From a virus, in the IMG/VR virus record IMGVR_UViG_3300046684_000205, positions 1 to 64,000 of that record: a stretch of DNA of 64,000 nt. One strand, given 5' to 3'. Of the stretch, positions 1 to 8,849 are shown one piece after another. A program made the position numbers and the translations under genes. Every line of letters begins with the position of its first letter. The stretch's first letter is position 1. Below the pieces are notes generated by a model. That model ran no database searches and had not been told where the DNA came from. It saw only the letters and a list, made by a program, of their open reading frames with translations.

Positions 1-1
1 C

Positions 2-196
2 ATGGCGTGCGGCTACGAAGGGCGCGCGATGGCCGGTGAAACGGGCGCCATCGTCCTGGCTTATCGCAACGACGACGGCGACCTGATCCACATTCGCGCG
101 AGCAAAGTCGGTGAAAACGGCATCGAGCCAGGCACTTGGTACTTGCTGAATGCCGAGGGTGAGTTCGTCAAAGCGCAGGACCAGGGCGACGAATAG
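2..196 (+). CDS. Phage protein, C-terminal fragment (ASKVGENGIEPGTWY-type tail of Gly/Ala-repeat phage proteins)
   Basis: The ORF begins at the window edge and carries a C-terminal motif common in phage proteins. Confidence 0.7.
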   Translation: MACGYEGRAMAGETGAIVLAYRNDDGDLIHIRASKVGENGIEPGTWYLLNAEGEFVKAQDQGDE

Positions 197-202
197 GAGC
201 AA

Positions 203-394
203 GTGATGAGCATTACCAACCTCAACGGCTGCCGCTTCATGGTCAGCCCCGATGGGAAGCACGCCGACTGGGTCCACCCGGCTGAGATCGCCGGCCGCTG
301 CCCGACCTGGACTGACTGCACGGATATGGACGATGCGGAGTTCGATGCCTTCATAGCCGAGCGTCGCGCAAAGTTTCCGCCGCTGGCGGCTTAA
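203..394 (+). CDS. Hypothetical protein
   Basis: AGGAG upstream; fits the co-oriented gene tiling. Confidence 0.7.
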   Translation: MMSITNLNGCRFMVSPDGKHADWVHPAEIAGRCPTWTDCTDMDDAEFDAFIAERRAKFPPLAA

Positions 395-405
395 GGAGGC
401 AAGGA

Positions 406-840
406 ATGATTCCAGTTCCGAAGCAATGGGATGAGGCCTACCTGAACGAGTGTGCCCAGGACGAGATCGATCTGGCTCGCTTACTGAGGCTCGGGAAGTT
501 CGCAGCGCCGGCCGGCCTTACGCGAGACACCGTGCTCGTCCCGGCTCCACCGAAAAGCAACGGCTTCTTCGGCAGCGCCAATAACTCGCGCACCAGGCTT
601 GGTTCCGTCGGCGAGCTGCCGCGGTGGCGCCGTGACTGGAGCGCAGCTGGCCCGCTGAGCACTGATCTTGGCCTGAGCACTTACCAAGACCCCGAAGACG
701 GGTCGGTTTCCGTTAGTGCTGGCGGTCGACGTCGCAACGTCACCGAGCGCTACGAGGACCACCCGGGCAAGGACGCAGCAACCATGGCTGCGATCGTGCG
801 AGCTGCGATCCAGAAGCTTGAGGCAGGCAACAACAACTAA
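406..840 (+). CDS. Hypothetical protein, possibly NinX-like
   Basis: AGGAGG RBS; PRWRRDWSAAGPL resembles the P..s.dW.aaGPl motif of NinX-like proteins. Confidence 0.55.
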   Translation: MIPVPKQWDEAYLNECAQDEIDLARLLRLGKFAAPAGLTRDTVLVPAPPKSNGFFGSANNSRTRLGSVGELPRWRRDWSAAGPLSTDLGLSTYQDPEDGSVSVSAGGRRRNVTERYEDHPGKDAATMAAIVRAAIQKLEAGNNN

Positions 841-875
841 CACCACAACCCAAGACGCCAATCTAGGAGATCACG

Positions 876-998
876 ATGATCCGCTTCCTTCTGCTGCACC
901 GCATCGAATGGACTGACAAGCATCCGGGCCTGATGGCTATCGGTGCCCTGCTGTTTGCCTGCCTGGCGCTGTCGCTCGCCCCTTCGGTGCCGCAATGA
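876..998 (+). CDS. 40-aa membrane peptide (not in ORF track)
   Basis: AGGAG RBS; MIRFLLLHRIEWTDKHPGLMAIGALLFACLALSLAPSVPQ; ATGA overlap with the next gene. Confidence 0.7.
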   Translation: MIRFLLLHRIEWTDKHPGLMAIGALLFACLALSLAPSVPQ

Positions 999-1117
999 AG
1001 CACGCCTACCTGAACCGCCGCCAGATCAACGCCCGGGTGTTTGTCTACGTGGTCGAGTGCATTGCCGGCGCCGCCCTTGCTGGCGTGATCCTGGCTAGCC
1101 GCGTGGGGTCAGCATGA
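995..1117 (+). CDS. 40-aa membrane peptide (not in ORF track)
   Basis: MKHAYLNRRQINARVFVYVVECIAGAALAGVILASRVGSA; ATGA-coupled on both sides. Confidence 0.7.
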   Translation: MKHAYLNRRQINARVFVYVVECIAGAALAGVILASRVGSA

Positions 1118-1254
1118 TCCGCCAAATCGCATCCGCCCTCGTCGGCCTCTCGCTGCTGTTGCTCCTGTACGCAGAAGTCCAGCGCCTCGACGACATGACC
1201 AGCGACCAGGTCGAGCAGCTGCAGCTGGAGCGCGTCGCTCGCGTAGCCCAATAA
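1114..1254 (+). CDS. 46-aa membrane-anchored peptide (not in ORF track)
   Basis: MIRQIASALVGLSLLLLLYAEVQRLDD...VARVAQ; ATGA-coupled. Confidence 0.7.
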   Translation: MIRQIASALVGLSLLLLLYAEVQRLDDMTSDQVEQLQLERVARVAQ

Positions 1255-1280
1255 CTACAACACAACAAGGAATCCAAGAG

Positions 1281-2186
1281 ATGTGGTTTAAGAACCTGCA
1301 GGTCTATCGCCTCCCCGCCCCATACGCCCTGACCGCCGAGCAGCTGGCCGAAGCACTCCAGTCGCAGTCCTTCGAGCCGGCCGGCAGTAGCGAACTGCTG
1401 CGCCAGGGCTGGGCCCAGGTTCGCGGCGATGGCTCCCCACTCGTCCACTCCGTGAACAGCCAGTTTCTGATCGCCTTGGCGACCGAGAAGAAGATCCTGC
1501 CGTCGAAGGCCGTCAACCAGGTCGCAATGGCGCGCGCCGCGGAGCTCGAGGAACAGCAAGGCTTCCCGCCCGGGAAAAAGGCCATGAAGGAGCTGAGGGA
1601 GCGCGTCGCGGACGAACTCCTACCGCGAGCCCTCTCCGTCCGCTCCGACCTGTATGCGTGGATCGATCCTGTCAACGGCTGGCTCGCCGTCGATTCCGCG
1701 AGCCCGACCAAAGCCGACGACGTGATCAAGCTGCTACTGAAGGCCGTCGACAAGCTGCCGCTGGAATCGCTGCGCGTGCAGCGCTCGCCTGTAGCGATGA
1801 TGACTGCCTGGCTGAAGCAGGACGCGTCTGCGCTCGATTACGACTTCACCATCGACCAGGATGCGACGCTGCAGGCGACCGGCGAAGGCAAAGCGCAAAT
1901 CGGCTTCAAGAACCATAGCCTTGACCCCGAGGACATTTGGCAGCACCTCTCCAGTGGCAAGCAATGCACTCGCTTGGCAATGACTTGGAACAGCCGGATC
2001 TCGTTCGTCCTGACCGAGTCGCTGACGATCCGCTCGATCAAGCCGCTCGACGTCATCAGGGAAAACGATTCGATCGCCGCGGACCAAAACGAACGCTTCG
2101 ACAACGACTTCGCCCTGATGACTGGAGAGCTGGCAAAGCTGCTTGCCGACCTGGTCGAAGCCCTCGGCGGCGAGGCAAAAGGATGA
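1281..2186 (+). CDS. rdgC: Recombination-associated protein RdgC (copy 1)
   Basis: MWFKNLQVYRL start, EKKILP, ELLPRA and DFALMTGEL motifs; 301 aa. Confidence 0.95.
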   Translation: MWFKNLQVYRLPAPYALTAEQLAEALQSQSFEPAGSSELLRQGWAQVRGDGSPLVHSVNSQFLIALATEKKILPSKAVNQVAMARAAELEEQQGFPPGKKAMKELRERVADELLPRALSVRSDLYAWIDPVNGWLAVDSASPTKADDVIKLLLKAVDKLPLESLRVQRSPVAMMTAWLKQDASALDYDFTIDQDATLQATGEGKAQIGFKNHSLDPEDIWQHLSSGKQCTRLAMTWNSRISFVLTESLTIRSIKPLDVIRENDSIAADQNERFDNDFALMTGELAKLLADLVEALGGEAKG

Positions 2187-2368
2187 TCCGAGTCCGCCCG
2201 CGGCGTATTCCCGCGGATGAAACGCCGGCGCAACGCCAGGCGCGCGAGGACCGCGAAGCCGCCCGGGTCTACGGCATGAATCGCCGCTCGAGCAAGTACT
2301 ACAGCGATCTGGATGCAATCAGCGCTGGCGAAAAGCCCGGCACCCTCAACACCAACAAGACCAAATAA
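2183..2368 (+). CDS. Hypothetical protein
   Basis: ATGA overlap with the rdgC stop; MIRVRPRRIPADE... Confidence 0.6.
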   Translation: MIRVRPRRIPADETPAQRQAREDREAARVYGMNRRSSKYYSDLDAISAGEKPGTLNTNKTK

Positions 2369-2381
2369 ACAGGAGAGCCTC

Positions 2382-3983
2382 ATGACCACGAACAGCGAGA
2401 ACACCCCGGCACGCCGCGCCGAAGACCACCTTCCGGACGCGAAGATCGACTGGAACAAACCGGAGGCGCCGGCGGTTCCGCTGTCGAGCACTGCCGGTGC
2501 CGCGCGCCAGGGCGGCAATACGAGCGACGAGGGCGACTTTGCAAGCCGCAGCCGCGAGGAGTTGATCGACTACATCCTCTACCTTCGCAAAGCAGTTGAC
2601 GCTCCCATCCCGCCACTCACCGCACCAGCACCGCTAACCAGCCGTCAAAAGTTCGTAAATGCCATGATGGAAAACGCTGAAAAGTGGTCCGGGTCGGCTG
2701 CACCAGCACCACAGCAGGGCGAGAGCATCGAGATCACGGATACGGACAGCGCCCGCGCTTTTCTGCTCCAGTGGATGGTCGCCAACTTCCCCAGCGACCA
2801 AAGCTTCGGCGTCTATATCCAGACCCAGCTGGCCGGCGACTTCGCTTACCAACTTGCAAAAGCCCTCGCTGCCAAGGCTGCGCCAGCCGCCCCGGTGCAG
2901 ACCTTGCAAACCGATCTGTCGAAACGCCTGCGAAATGCGGCCAAAGCCTACGGAGAACTCGGCTCGACAACGCTGTTCACCTTCGATGTTCTGGCCGCTG
3001 CCGACGAGATCGATCGCTACTACGGCGGCATGCTGGCTTGGAAGCAGACCGCCGAGAAGAAAGACCGCGACTGGAACGCCGAGCGCATGGGCCGCGTCAA
3101 CGACCGCATCGTATCCAATCTGGCCGCCCCGGTGCAGACCGCCGATCAAGGCGAGCCGAACATGCTGTGGGACGCGGAGGATTCCGAGAACTGCTACGGC
3201 GACGGCCCGGAGGACTTTGCCAACAACTACGCATCGAATTGCATGATGACCGGCGAGGAAGCGGAGGTAGGCGTGCTGTGCGCCTACCGTGGGCACAACC
3301 GCACCATGCGCATCGTCGTGTCGAAGGACGCGGATTCGGACAAGCCGGTTTCGTGGTCGTGGGTTGGCGAAGAGCCTGCTGCCAGTGTGGCCGCTCCTGT
3401 GCAAGCAGAGCAGGCACATGCAGAGCCGGTGGCATGGATGAATCCTGAAACGCTTGATGTGATCCACGACACCCGTAAGCGCGCGTGGGAAAGCGACTTT
3501 GGCATGGGCGGAAAGGCTAAGGCGGCTGGGTACACTTGCCGGCTCGTTGCCCCCGCACTCCCCGCCCAGGCAGAGCAGGTAGAAGCAGTGCGAGCGGCCG
3601 ATGAGCAATTTCCGATCCAGAACACGGATCAGGCCCGCGCATTCCTGACCAAATGGATGCGCGCCAATTTCCCTACTGATCGCACGTTTGACCGCTACAT
3701 TGCCGAGCACCTCGCAGGTGACTTCGCATGGCAGCTCGCCAACGCTCTCGCTACTAAGGAAGCAGCAGCCCAGGTGCCGGCAGCAGAAGATGTGCGAGCG
3801 AAGGCGCTGGAAGATGCGGCTTTCATCTGCGAGGCGAAGCAATCGACCGATACGGACTGGGACACCAGCTTCTGGAACCAAGCCGTTCAGTCATGCGCCC
3901 ACGCTATCCGCAATCTCGCAGCTCCGAGCACTACACCCAGCAATGACACTAGCGCCCTTGGTGATACTGGAGGCGCGAAATGA
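2382..3983 (+). CDS. Mosaic multidomain early protein with a duplicated ARAFL..WM.ANFP.D..F..YI...LAGDFA.QLA.AL domain
   Basis: AGGAG RBS before ATG 2382; short domains separated by Ala/Pro/Gln linkers. Confidence 0.85.
   Translation: MTTNSENTPARRAEDHLPDAKIDWNKPEAPAVPLSSTAGAARQGGNTSDEGDFASRSREELIDYILYLRKAVDAPIPPLTAPAPLTSRQKFVNAMMENAEKWSGSAAPAPQQGESIEITDTDSARAFLLQWMVANFPSDQSFGVYIQTQLAGDFAYQLAKALAAKAAPAAPVQTLQTDLSKRLRNAAKAYGELGSTTLFTFDVLAAADEIDRYYGGMLAWKQTAEKKDRDWNAERMGRVNDRIVSNLAAPVQTADQGEPNMLWDAEDSENCYGDGPEDFANNYASNCMMTGEEAEVGVLCAYRGHNRTMRIVVSKDADSDKPVSWSWVGEEPAASVAAPVQAEQAHAEPVAWMNPETLDVIHDTRKRAWESDFGMGGKAKAAGYTCRLVAPALPAQAEQVEAVRAADEQFPIQNTDQARAFLTKWMRANFPTDRTFDRYIAEHLAGDFAWQLANALATKEAAAQVPAAEDVRAKALEDAAFICEAKQSTDTDWDTSFWNQAVQSCAHAIRNLAAPSTTPSNDTSALGDTGGAK
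2886..3140 (+). repeat. 18-bp exact direct repeat GCCGCCCCGGTGCAGACC (2886-2903, 3123-3140)
   Basis: Read directly; encodes the AAPVQT linker. A degenerate copy lies near 3390. Confidence 0.9.
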
Positions 3984-4270
3984 GCCTGCCTGCATACGGC
4001 ACCGCACCCATCCGCTGCGGTAAGACGAAGTGTCAATGGAAGGGTTATGAGACGGACTTGACTTCCGTGCCGCACAAGACGATCAAGACCGCAACGCAGT
4101 CGGCATGCCCTTCTTGCGGCTGCACGAGCTACATGTTCATGACGGAGCGTCAAATTGCGACGTGGGAGCGCAGCAAGGCCGAGGTCAACGTCAATCAGTC
4201 CAGTGGCGCCCCGAGCACTGCTGAAGCAAGCAAGGCGAGCGATAACGCCGCTAGCGGGAGCGATGCATGA
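3980..4270 (+). CDS. Small zinc-finger protein
   Basis: CGKTKC and CPSC pairs; ATGA-coupled. Confidence 0.7.
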   Translation: MSLPAYGTAPIRCGKTKCQWKGYETDLTSVPHKTIKTATQSACPSCGCTSYMFMTERQIATWERSKAEVNVNQSSGAPSTAEASKASDNAASGSDA

Positions 4271-5172
4271 CGAAGCCGCGTTTATTTGTCAGCTTTAGTG
4301 GCGGCAAGACTTCCGGCTACATGGCCAAACTGATCAAAGACCATTGGTCGGATCTGTACGAGATCGTCGTTGTTTTTGCAAACACCAGCCGCGAAGACGA
4401 AAAAACCCTGATCTTCGTGAACGAGTGTGATAAGCGATTCGGCCTGAACGTGGTTTGGATTGAGGCCGAAGTTTTCCACGGCGAGGCTACCTCTAGCGGC
4501 TACCGTATCGTGACCTTTGAAACGGCATCCCGCAATGGTGAAGTCTTCGAAGAAGTAATTAAAAAATATGGCATTTCTAACGCGGCATTCGGCCACTGCA
4601 ACCGCGAAATGAAGCTCAACGCCATGCACAGCTACGTACGCGATGGGCTGGGCTGGGACGACTATTGCACAGCGCTCGGCATCAGAATGGACGAGCAACG
4701 CCGCGTATCGAAGCATGCAGGGGTCAACAAGATCCTGTATCCGCTAATCGATACCTGGCCGACCGATAAACAAGATGTTGCCAACTTTTGGGAAAACCAG
4801 CCTTTCCAGCTTGACCTGCCTGAGCACCTAGGGAACTGCGTAACCTGCTTTAAAAAGTCAGATCGCAAGCTGTTTCAGGTGTATGCCGACAATCCCTACG
4901 CTTTTTTGTGGAATGCGCGCATGGAAGCCGAGTACGGCTGGCATGGAGCGCCCTGGTACGGCGAGCCGAATGAAGCTGGACATGCGCGCACTTTCTGGCG
5001 CGGGAACCGCTCGACCGAGCAAGTGCTGGCGCAGGCACGGGAGCTTGGCGTGCAGCCGTTCATCCCGATCCGCGAAACCCGCAGCATGGATGCCCGTCAG
5101 TTCGGGCTGGATTTTGAGAATGGCGGATGCAGCGAGAGCTGCGAAGCGTACCCAATGGAGGATGCAGCATGA
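4267..5172 (+). CDS. PAPS-reductase-like (PP-loop) protein with conserved cysteines
   Basis: SFSGGKTS PP-loop, FANTSRE, CNREMK, GIRMDE, GNCVTCFKKS and C-terminal CSESC. Confidence 0.85.
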   Translation: MTKPRLFVSFSGGKTSGYMAKLIKDHWSDLYEIVVVFANTSREDEKTLIFVNECDKRFGLNVVWIEAEVFHGEATSSGYRIVTFETASRNGEVFEEVIKKYGISNAAFGHCNREMKLNAMHSYVRDGLGWDDYCTALGIRMDEQRRVSKHAGVNKILYPLIDTWPTDKQDVANFWENQPFQLDLPEHLGNCVTCFKKSDRKLFQVYADNPYAFLWNARMEAEYGWHGAPWYGEPNEAGHARTFWRGNRSTEQVLAQARELGVQPFIPIRETRSMDARQFGLDFENGGCSESCEAYPMEDAA

Positions 5173-7334
5173 ACGAGAACAATAACATCGCCCCTACAGG
5201 CACAGAAGCAGGCTTTGACCTGGACAAGCTGGAAGCACTGCTGAATGCCACTACCCCCGGGCCTTGGGTCCGCAACTTCGGCAACTGGAATGTAGTCGCC
5301 CCGAACGAGTCGAATGGCGGACTTGACCGTTACCATGTGTGCACCACCGAAGGCCGCGACTATGAGCAGATGTCACGCAATGCTGACTTCATCGTAGCGG
5401 CAAAAACACACATGGCCGCCATGATCGCTCTCGCTCGCCGAGCTGCACCGGCTACCTCGGACATGCCGGATACCACGGCAAGCGCGAGCGGGGACGACCC
5501 GTTACTCAGCTTGATCTGGCGCATTAACGATACTGTCCTGAAGGCTTTGCCGAATCACCCTGACGCAGGCGTGAGACAAGCGCGGAATACCAAGTCCCCC
5601 GCCGAAGTGCTGGTCAACGTCGAATCACTCACCCGTTACTACAGGGAGGCTGCTCGCCGCGCCGCCCAGCCGGTACAGGCTGGAGAAGCGGTAGACCTGC
5701 CCGCAAAGGGAGAGCTTCTGACCGAGGACCAGCGCGACAAGATCGAAGCCGCCTTGCGCAAGGCGTGGCCCGCAGCCTTTAAAGACGCGCCCAGCAAGGC
5801 GATGGGCCAACTTATTTGGGCAACGGAGCAGGCATGCTTCGCATCTGCTGCCCGCGCCAGTCTTGCCCCGGTATCCGCCCAGCCTATCGCTGGAATGCAC
5901 TGGTGTCCTTCGGCGGGCCAATGGTCGCTCACCATCTATGCGGACGTTCCCAAGATCGCGGGCGAAACCTACAAGCTCTATGCAGCCCCGGTATCCGCCC
6001 AGCAGGGCGCAGCCAAAGCGGCAACAACTGTTGAAAAGGATGGCTGCAGGCTGTGTCTCGGCGCGAAAGGCGGCGTACCCGGCAATGAAAACGTGATCGG
6101 TGGCGTCGTCGTGTGCGACTACTGCTCATCCACGTTGATGGACATGAAATCGGCGGGCTGGTTTGGCGCAGACAAAGCACCGGCAGAGGGTTCGCCGCAA
6201 GACAACTGCACCGATTGCGGCGGCAGCAGGGCGCATAAGGGCGACAAGGCGCGCGATTGCGAAAGCTGCGACGGAACGGGGCGCGGCTGGGCGCAGCGCG
6301 AAAACGTAGTCAGAGCACCGGCATCCGGCTATGTGCACCTGGCTGGCGAAGATGTGCTCGGAGGCGCGAAACGCATCGCCGAGAACGTGCGCCATTGGGC
6401 ACCGGCAGCGCAGGGGTGCCCGAGTTGTGGCCGAGCGCCCGGTGAGCGCCGCGACGAATGCGAGCAATGCCCCGAGGCACCGGCAGCGCAGGCTGTGGAT
6501 CTGTCGAAACTGCCGCTGCATTTCAAGGAAGGCATCGAGAACGGCGGATACTACCTTGCCACCGATGTTATCCGCGCACTCGCTCTCGCCGCATCCCCTG
6601 CCAGCACTCCCGAGGCAGCGCCCGAGCAGCAACTGGCGACCGCCGAGGCTCTAGCTGATGAAGAACTGGACGCTATCTTCATGCCCCTGATGCCATCACT
6701 CCCAGCGCCTTACGCACTGCGTATTTATGGCCGCGAAGTCGAAGCCGAGGTAGCTCGCCGGTTCCGCGCGCAGGGCGGAAACACGAACGACAGCAGCGCC
6801 AATCTCGCCGCTCCTACTGCTGGAGCAGCGACGACCAGCGAGGATGCGCGGGATGCGAATAGCAACTTAATCGCGAAGATGCGCGAAATGCTGGACATCC
6901 AAGGGCAGAGCGGCACCTGGAATTGCAACCCCTACATGCACGGCATGTACAACGGCATGGCTTACATGCTCGCAATGGTTGACGGAACAGAACCGTGTTT
7001 CCGCAGAGCGCCAGTCAAGTGGCTCGACAAGCCCGCAGAGATGTCTACCGCTGCGAAGGATGTGCTGAACGAGCGCAGCCGTCAGGTGAAATCCGAGGGC
7101 TGGTCGCTTTCCCACGACGACGCGCACGAAGGCGGGGAACTTGCACTGGCAGCCGCGTGCTACGCAGCTCATCACATCTATCCCAACATCCTGAATATCT
7201 GGTCTTGGTCGCCAGAGTGGTGGAAGCCGGCCGAGCCGCGCCGCAACCTCGTCAAAGCTGGCGCGCTGATCCTGGCCGACATCGAGCGCATCGATCGCGC
7301 AGCCATGCGCGCTACCCAGCAGGAGGGCGAGTAA
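5169..7334 (+). CDS. Ead/Ea22-like mosaic polyprotein with Zn fingers and a C-terminal ERxRQ/HDD/WWKP helical domain
   Basis: N-terminal LDKLEAL..ATTPGPW...NADFIVAA; three CxxC-pair modules; start ATGA-coupled at 5169. Confidence 0.85.
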   Translation: MNENNNIAPTGTEAGFDLDKLEALLNATTPGPWVRNFGNWNVVAPNESNGGLDRYHVCTTEGRDYEQMSRNADFIVAAKTHMAAMIALARRAAPATSDMPDTTASASGDDPLLSLIWRINDTVLKALPNHPDAGVRQARNTKSPAEVLVNVESLTRYYREAARRAAQPVQAGEAVDLPAKGELLTEDQRDKIEAALRKAWPAAFKDAPSKAMGQLIWATEQACFASAARASLAPVSAQPIAGMHWCPSAGQWSLTIYADVPKIAGETYKLYAAPVSAQQGAAKAATTVEKDGCRLCLGAKGGVPGNENVIGGVVVCDYCSSTLMDMKSAGWFGADKAPAEGSPQDNCTDCGGSRAHKGDKARDCESCDGTGRGWAQRENVVRAPASGYVHLAGEDVLGGAKRIAENVRHWAPAAQGCPSCGRAPGERRDECEQCPEAPAAQAVDLSKLPLHFKEGIENGGYYLATDVIRALALAASPASTPEAAPEQQLATAEALADEELDAIFMPLMPSLPAPYALRIYGREVEAEVARRFRAQGGNTNDSSANLAAPTAGAATTSEDARDANSNLIAKMREMLDIQGQSGTWNCNPYMHGMYNGMAYMLAMVDGTEPCFRRAPVKWLDKPAEMSTAAKDVLNERSRQVKSEGWSLSHDDAHEGGELALAAACYAAHHIYPNILNIWSWSPEWWKPAEPRRNLVKAGALILADIERIDRAAMRATQQEGE
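5865..6003 (+). repeat. 19-bp exact direct repeat GCCCCGGTATCCGCCCAGC (5865-5883, 5985-6003)
   Basis: Read directly; 120-bp (40-codon) spacing; encodes APVSAQ. Confidence 0.9.
6398..6492 (+). repeat. 17-bp exact direct repeat GGCACCGGCAGCGCAGG (6398-6414, 6476-6492)
   Basis: Read directly; 78-bp spacing; brackets a CxxC..CxxC module. Confidence 0.9.
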
Positions 7335-7493
7335 ATGAGCCGGAACCAACGTGAAGGCCGCTACGCAGGCAAACTCTACGCCCACCACTGGCGCAGCCGT
7401 TACTATCGCCGCCCTGGCGAGTACACCGCAGCGATTGCACCGTACATGGCGGCAGTCGCCGACAGCAGAAAGGAGCAATCCCATGTCCAATAA
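7335..7493 (+). CDS. 52-aa basic hypothetical protein (not in ORF track)
   Basis: TAA-ATG junction, AGGAGG upstream; MSRNQREGRYAGKLY... Confidence 0.6.
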   Translation: MSRNQREGRYAGKLYAHHWRSRYYRRPGEYTAAIAPYMAAVADSRKEQSHVQ

Positions 7494-7614
7494 CCTGAAC
7501 CAAGCCCTGCACGCAGCCATGCGACAGCAGACACGCGTAGCAAGCCAGTTCGCCGCGCACTGGCGCGAAGCAACTGCATGGCAGCATCAGAAAGGGCCGC
7601 AGCATGGAAAATAA
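7483..7614 (+). CDS. 43-aa hypothetical protein
   Basis: AAGGAG RBS; MSNNLNQ start shared with the next gene. Confidence 0.55.
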   Translation: MSNNLNQALHAAMRQQTRVASQFAAHWREATAWQHQKGPQHGK

Positions 7615-7945
7615 CCTGAACCAAGGCGCGAGCATTGAAGCCGAGCGCGCAGACTTCGAAAAAGCCGTGCTGAACATCACTTGCGCAAATGCTGACTCAC
7701 TCAAGCGCGACGAAGACCGGCCCGAAGACTACGACGATTACGTGGTCTCGACCTACTGGCAATTCTGGCAAGCCGCCCGCCGCACCCCTGCTGACGCTGT
7801 AGGTGCTGGAGAGCTGCCGCCGCTGCCGGAGGTTCCGAGGCACTGTTCGAATGCAGGCGTGACCGCTTACACCATTGACCAGATGCACGAATACGGCCGC
7901 CAGTGCATCGCCGCTGATCGCGCCCAGCGCAAGGAGACGCCATGA
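7604..7945 (+). CDS. Hypothetical mosaic protein
   Basis: ERADFE...WQFWQAARR and LPPLP...YTIDQMHEYGR modules typical of lambdoid early genes. Confidence 0.75.
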   Translation: MENNLNQGASIEAERADFEKAVLNITCANADSLKRDEDRPEDYDDYVVSTYWQFWQAARRTPADAVGAGELPPLPEVPRHCSNAGVTAYTIDQMHEYGRQCIAADRAQRKETP

Positions 7946-8454
7946 TCTGGCCCACCATCCCCTTCAAGCCGCACGTGCCGCGCTGCCCGAAGTGCAACCA
8001 GTACCTGCCTGACCGCTGTACCTGCAACGGCATGAGCATCGAGCAGCGCCGCAATAGCGAATCCTACCCTGACGAAGTCATGCAGGCTCGCGCAACACCT
8101 TGGGGCCTCGGCCGCACCATGATCGTGGCTACACCCACCGGCCGCCGCACAGGTCTGCATCCGGCTCTCGCCGTGGCTTACGGCCAGCCGGCGCCGAAAT
8201 GGCAGCTGCACTTCATCGGCACGGACTTCGGCGATCCCGAGGAGCGGGTGCTGGCCGTCCTCGGGCGTCACCCCGACAGCCCGGCCGGCTGGGGCTGCGG
8301 CCAGGTCGACCTCGACATCAACAATACCGGCTTCCTGCACCGTACTGCCTCCGGCAACGCCCGCCAGCGCCGCCGCCAGATCCGGATCTGGAAGCGCCAG
8401 GGCTTCACCGTCACGCAGTTCAACGTTCACACCCGCGAAAGGATCACGCGATGA
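7942..8454 (+). CDS. Hypothetical protein with N-terminal Cys cluster
   Basis: AAGGAG RBS, ATGA-coupled; CPKC..CTC. Confidence 0.65.
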   Translation: MIWPTIPFKPHVPRCPKCNQYLPDRCTCNGMSIEQRRNSESYPDEVMQARATPWGLGRTMIVATPTGRRTGLHPALAVAYGQPAPKWQLHFIGTDFGDPEERVLAVLGRHPDSPAGWGCGQVDLDINNTGFLHRTASGNARQRRRQIRIWKRQGFTVTQFNVHTRERITR

Positions 8455-8849
8455 AAATCACCACACCCGACGGCCGCGTCCGTATCCAGACTGAAGATGC
8501 CGACGTCTCCATCCTGATGGAGGAAGGCGAGACCGCACAGCAGACGCTGCTGCGCAGTGCCCGGTTGCTCTACGCCAGCGCCGAGTACAACATCCAACGC
8601 GCCCAGTTCCGTGAGCTGGCGGCCGCCAGCTTGGGGCCGCCGCTGGAGATCGAACTGCTTGGCAACTGCGTGATGGTCGGAGAACGTGGGCTTTACCGCT
8701 CGATCTCGGCCGAAGAAGGCGAAACGCCAGCTGCAGCCCTGCGCCGTGTCGCCAAGCAGGAGCGCGAGCAGGCGGCCAGCGCGACCGAAGAACACCTTGA
8801 GGCAGCTGCGGTCTTCGAACAAGCTGCCCTTCAACTGGAGAAGAAATGA
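8451..8849 (+). CDS. Hypothetical protein with internal duplication (EEGET..LR twice)
   Basis: ATGA-coupled at both ends. Confidence 0.7.
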   Translation: MKITTPDGRVRIQTEDADVSILMEEGETAQQTLLRSARLLYASAEYNIQRAQFRELAAASLGPPLEIELLGNCVMVGERGLYRSISAEEGETPAAALRRVAKQEREQAASATEEHLEAAAVFEQAALQLEKK

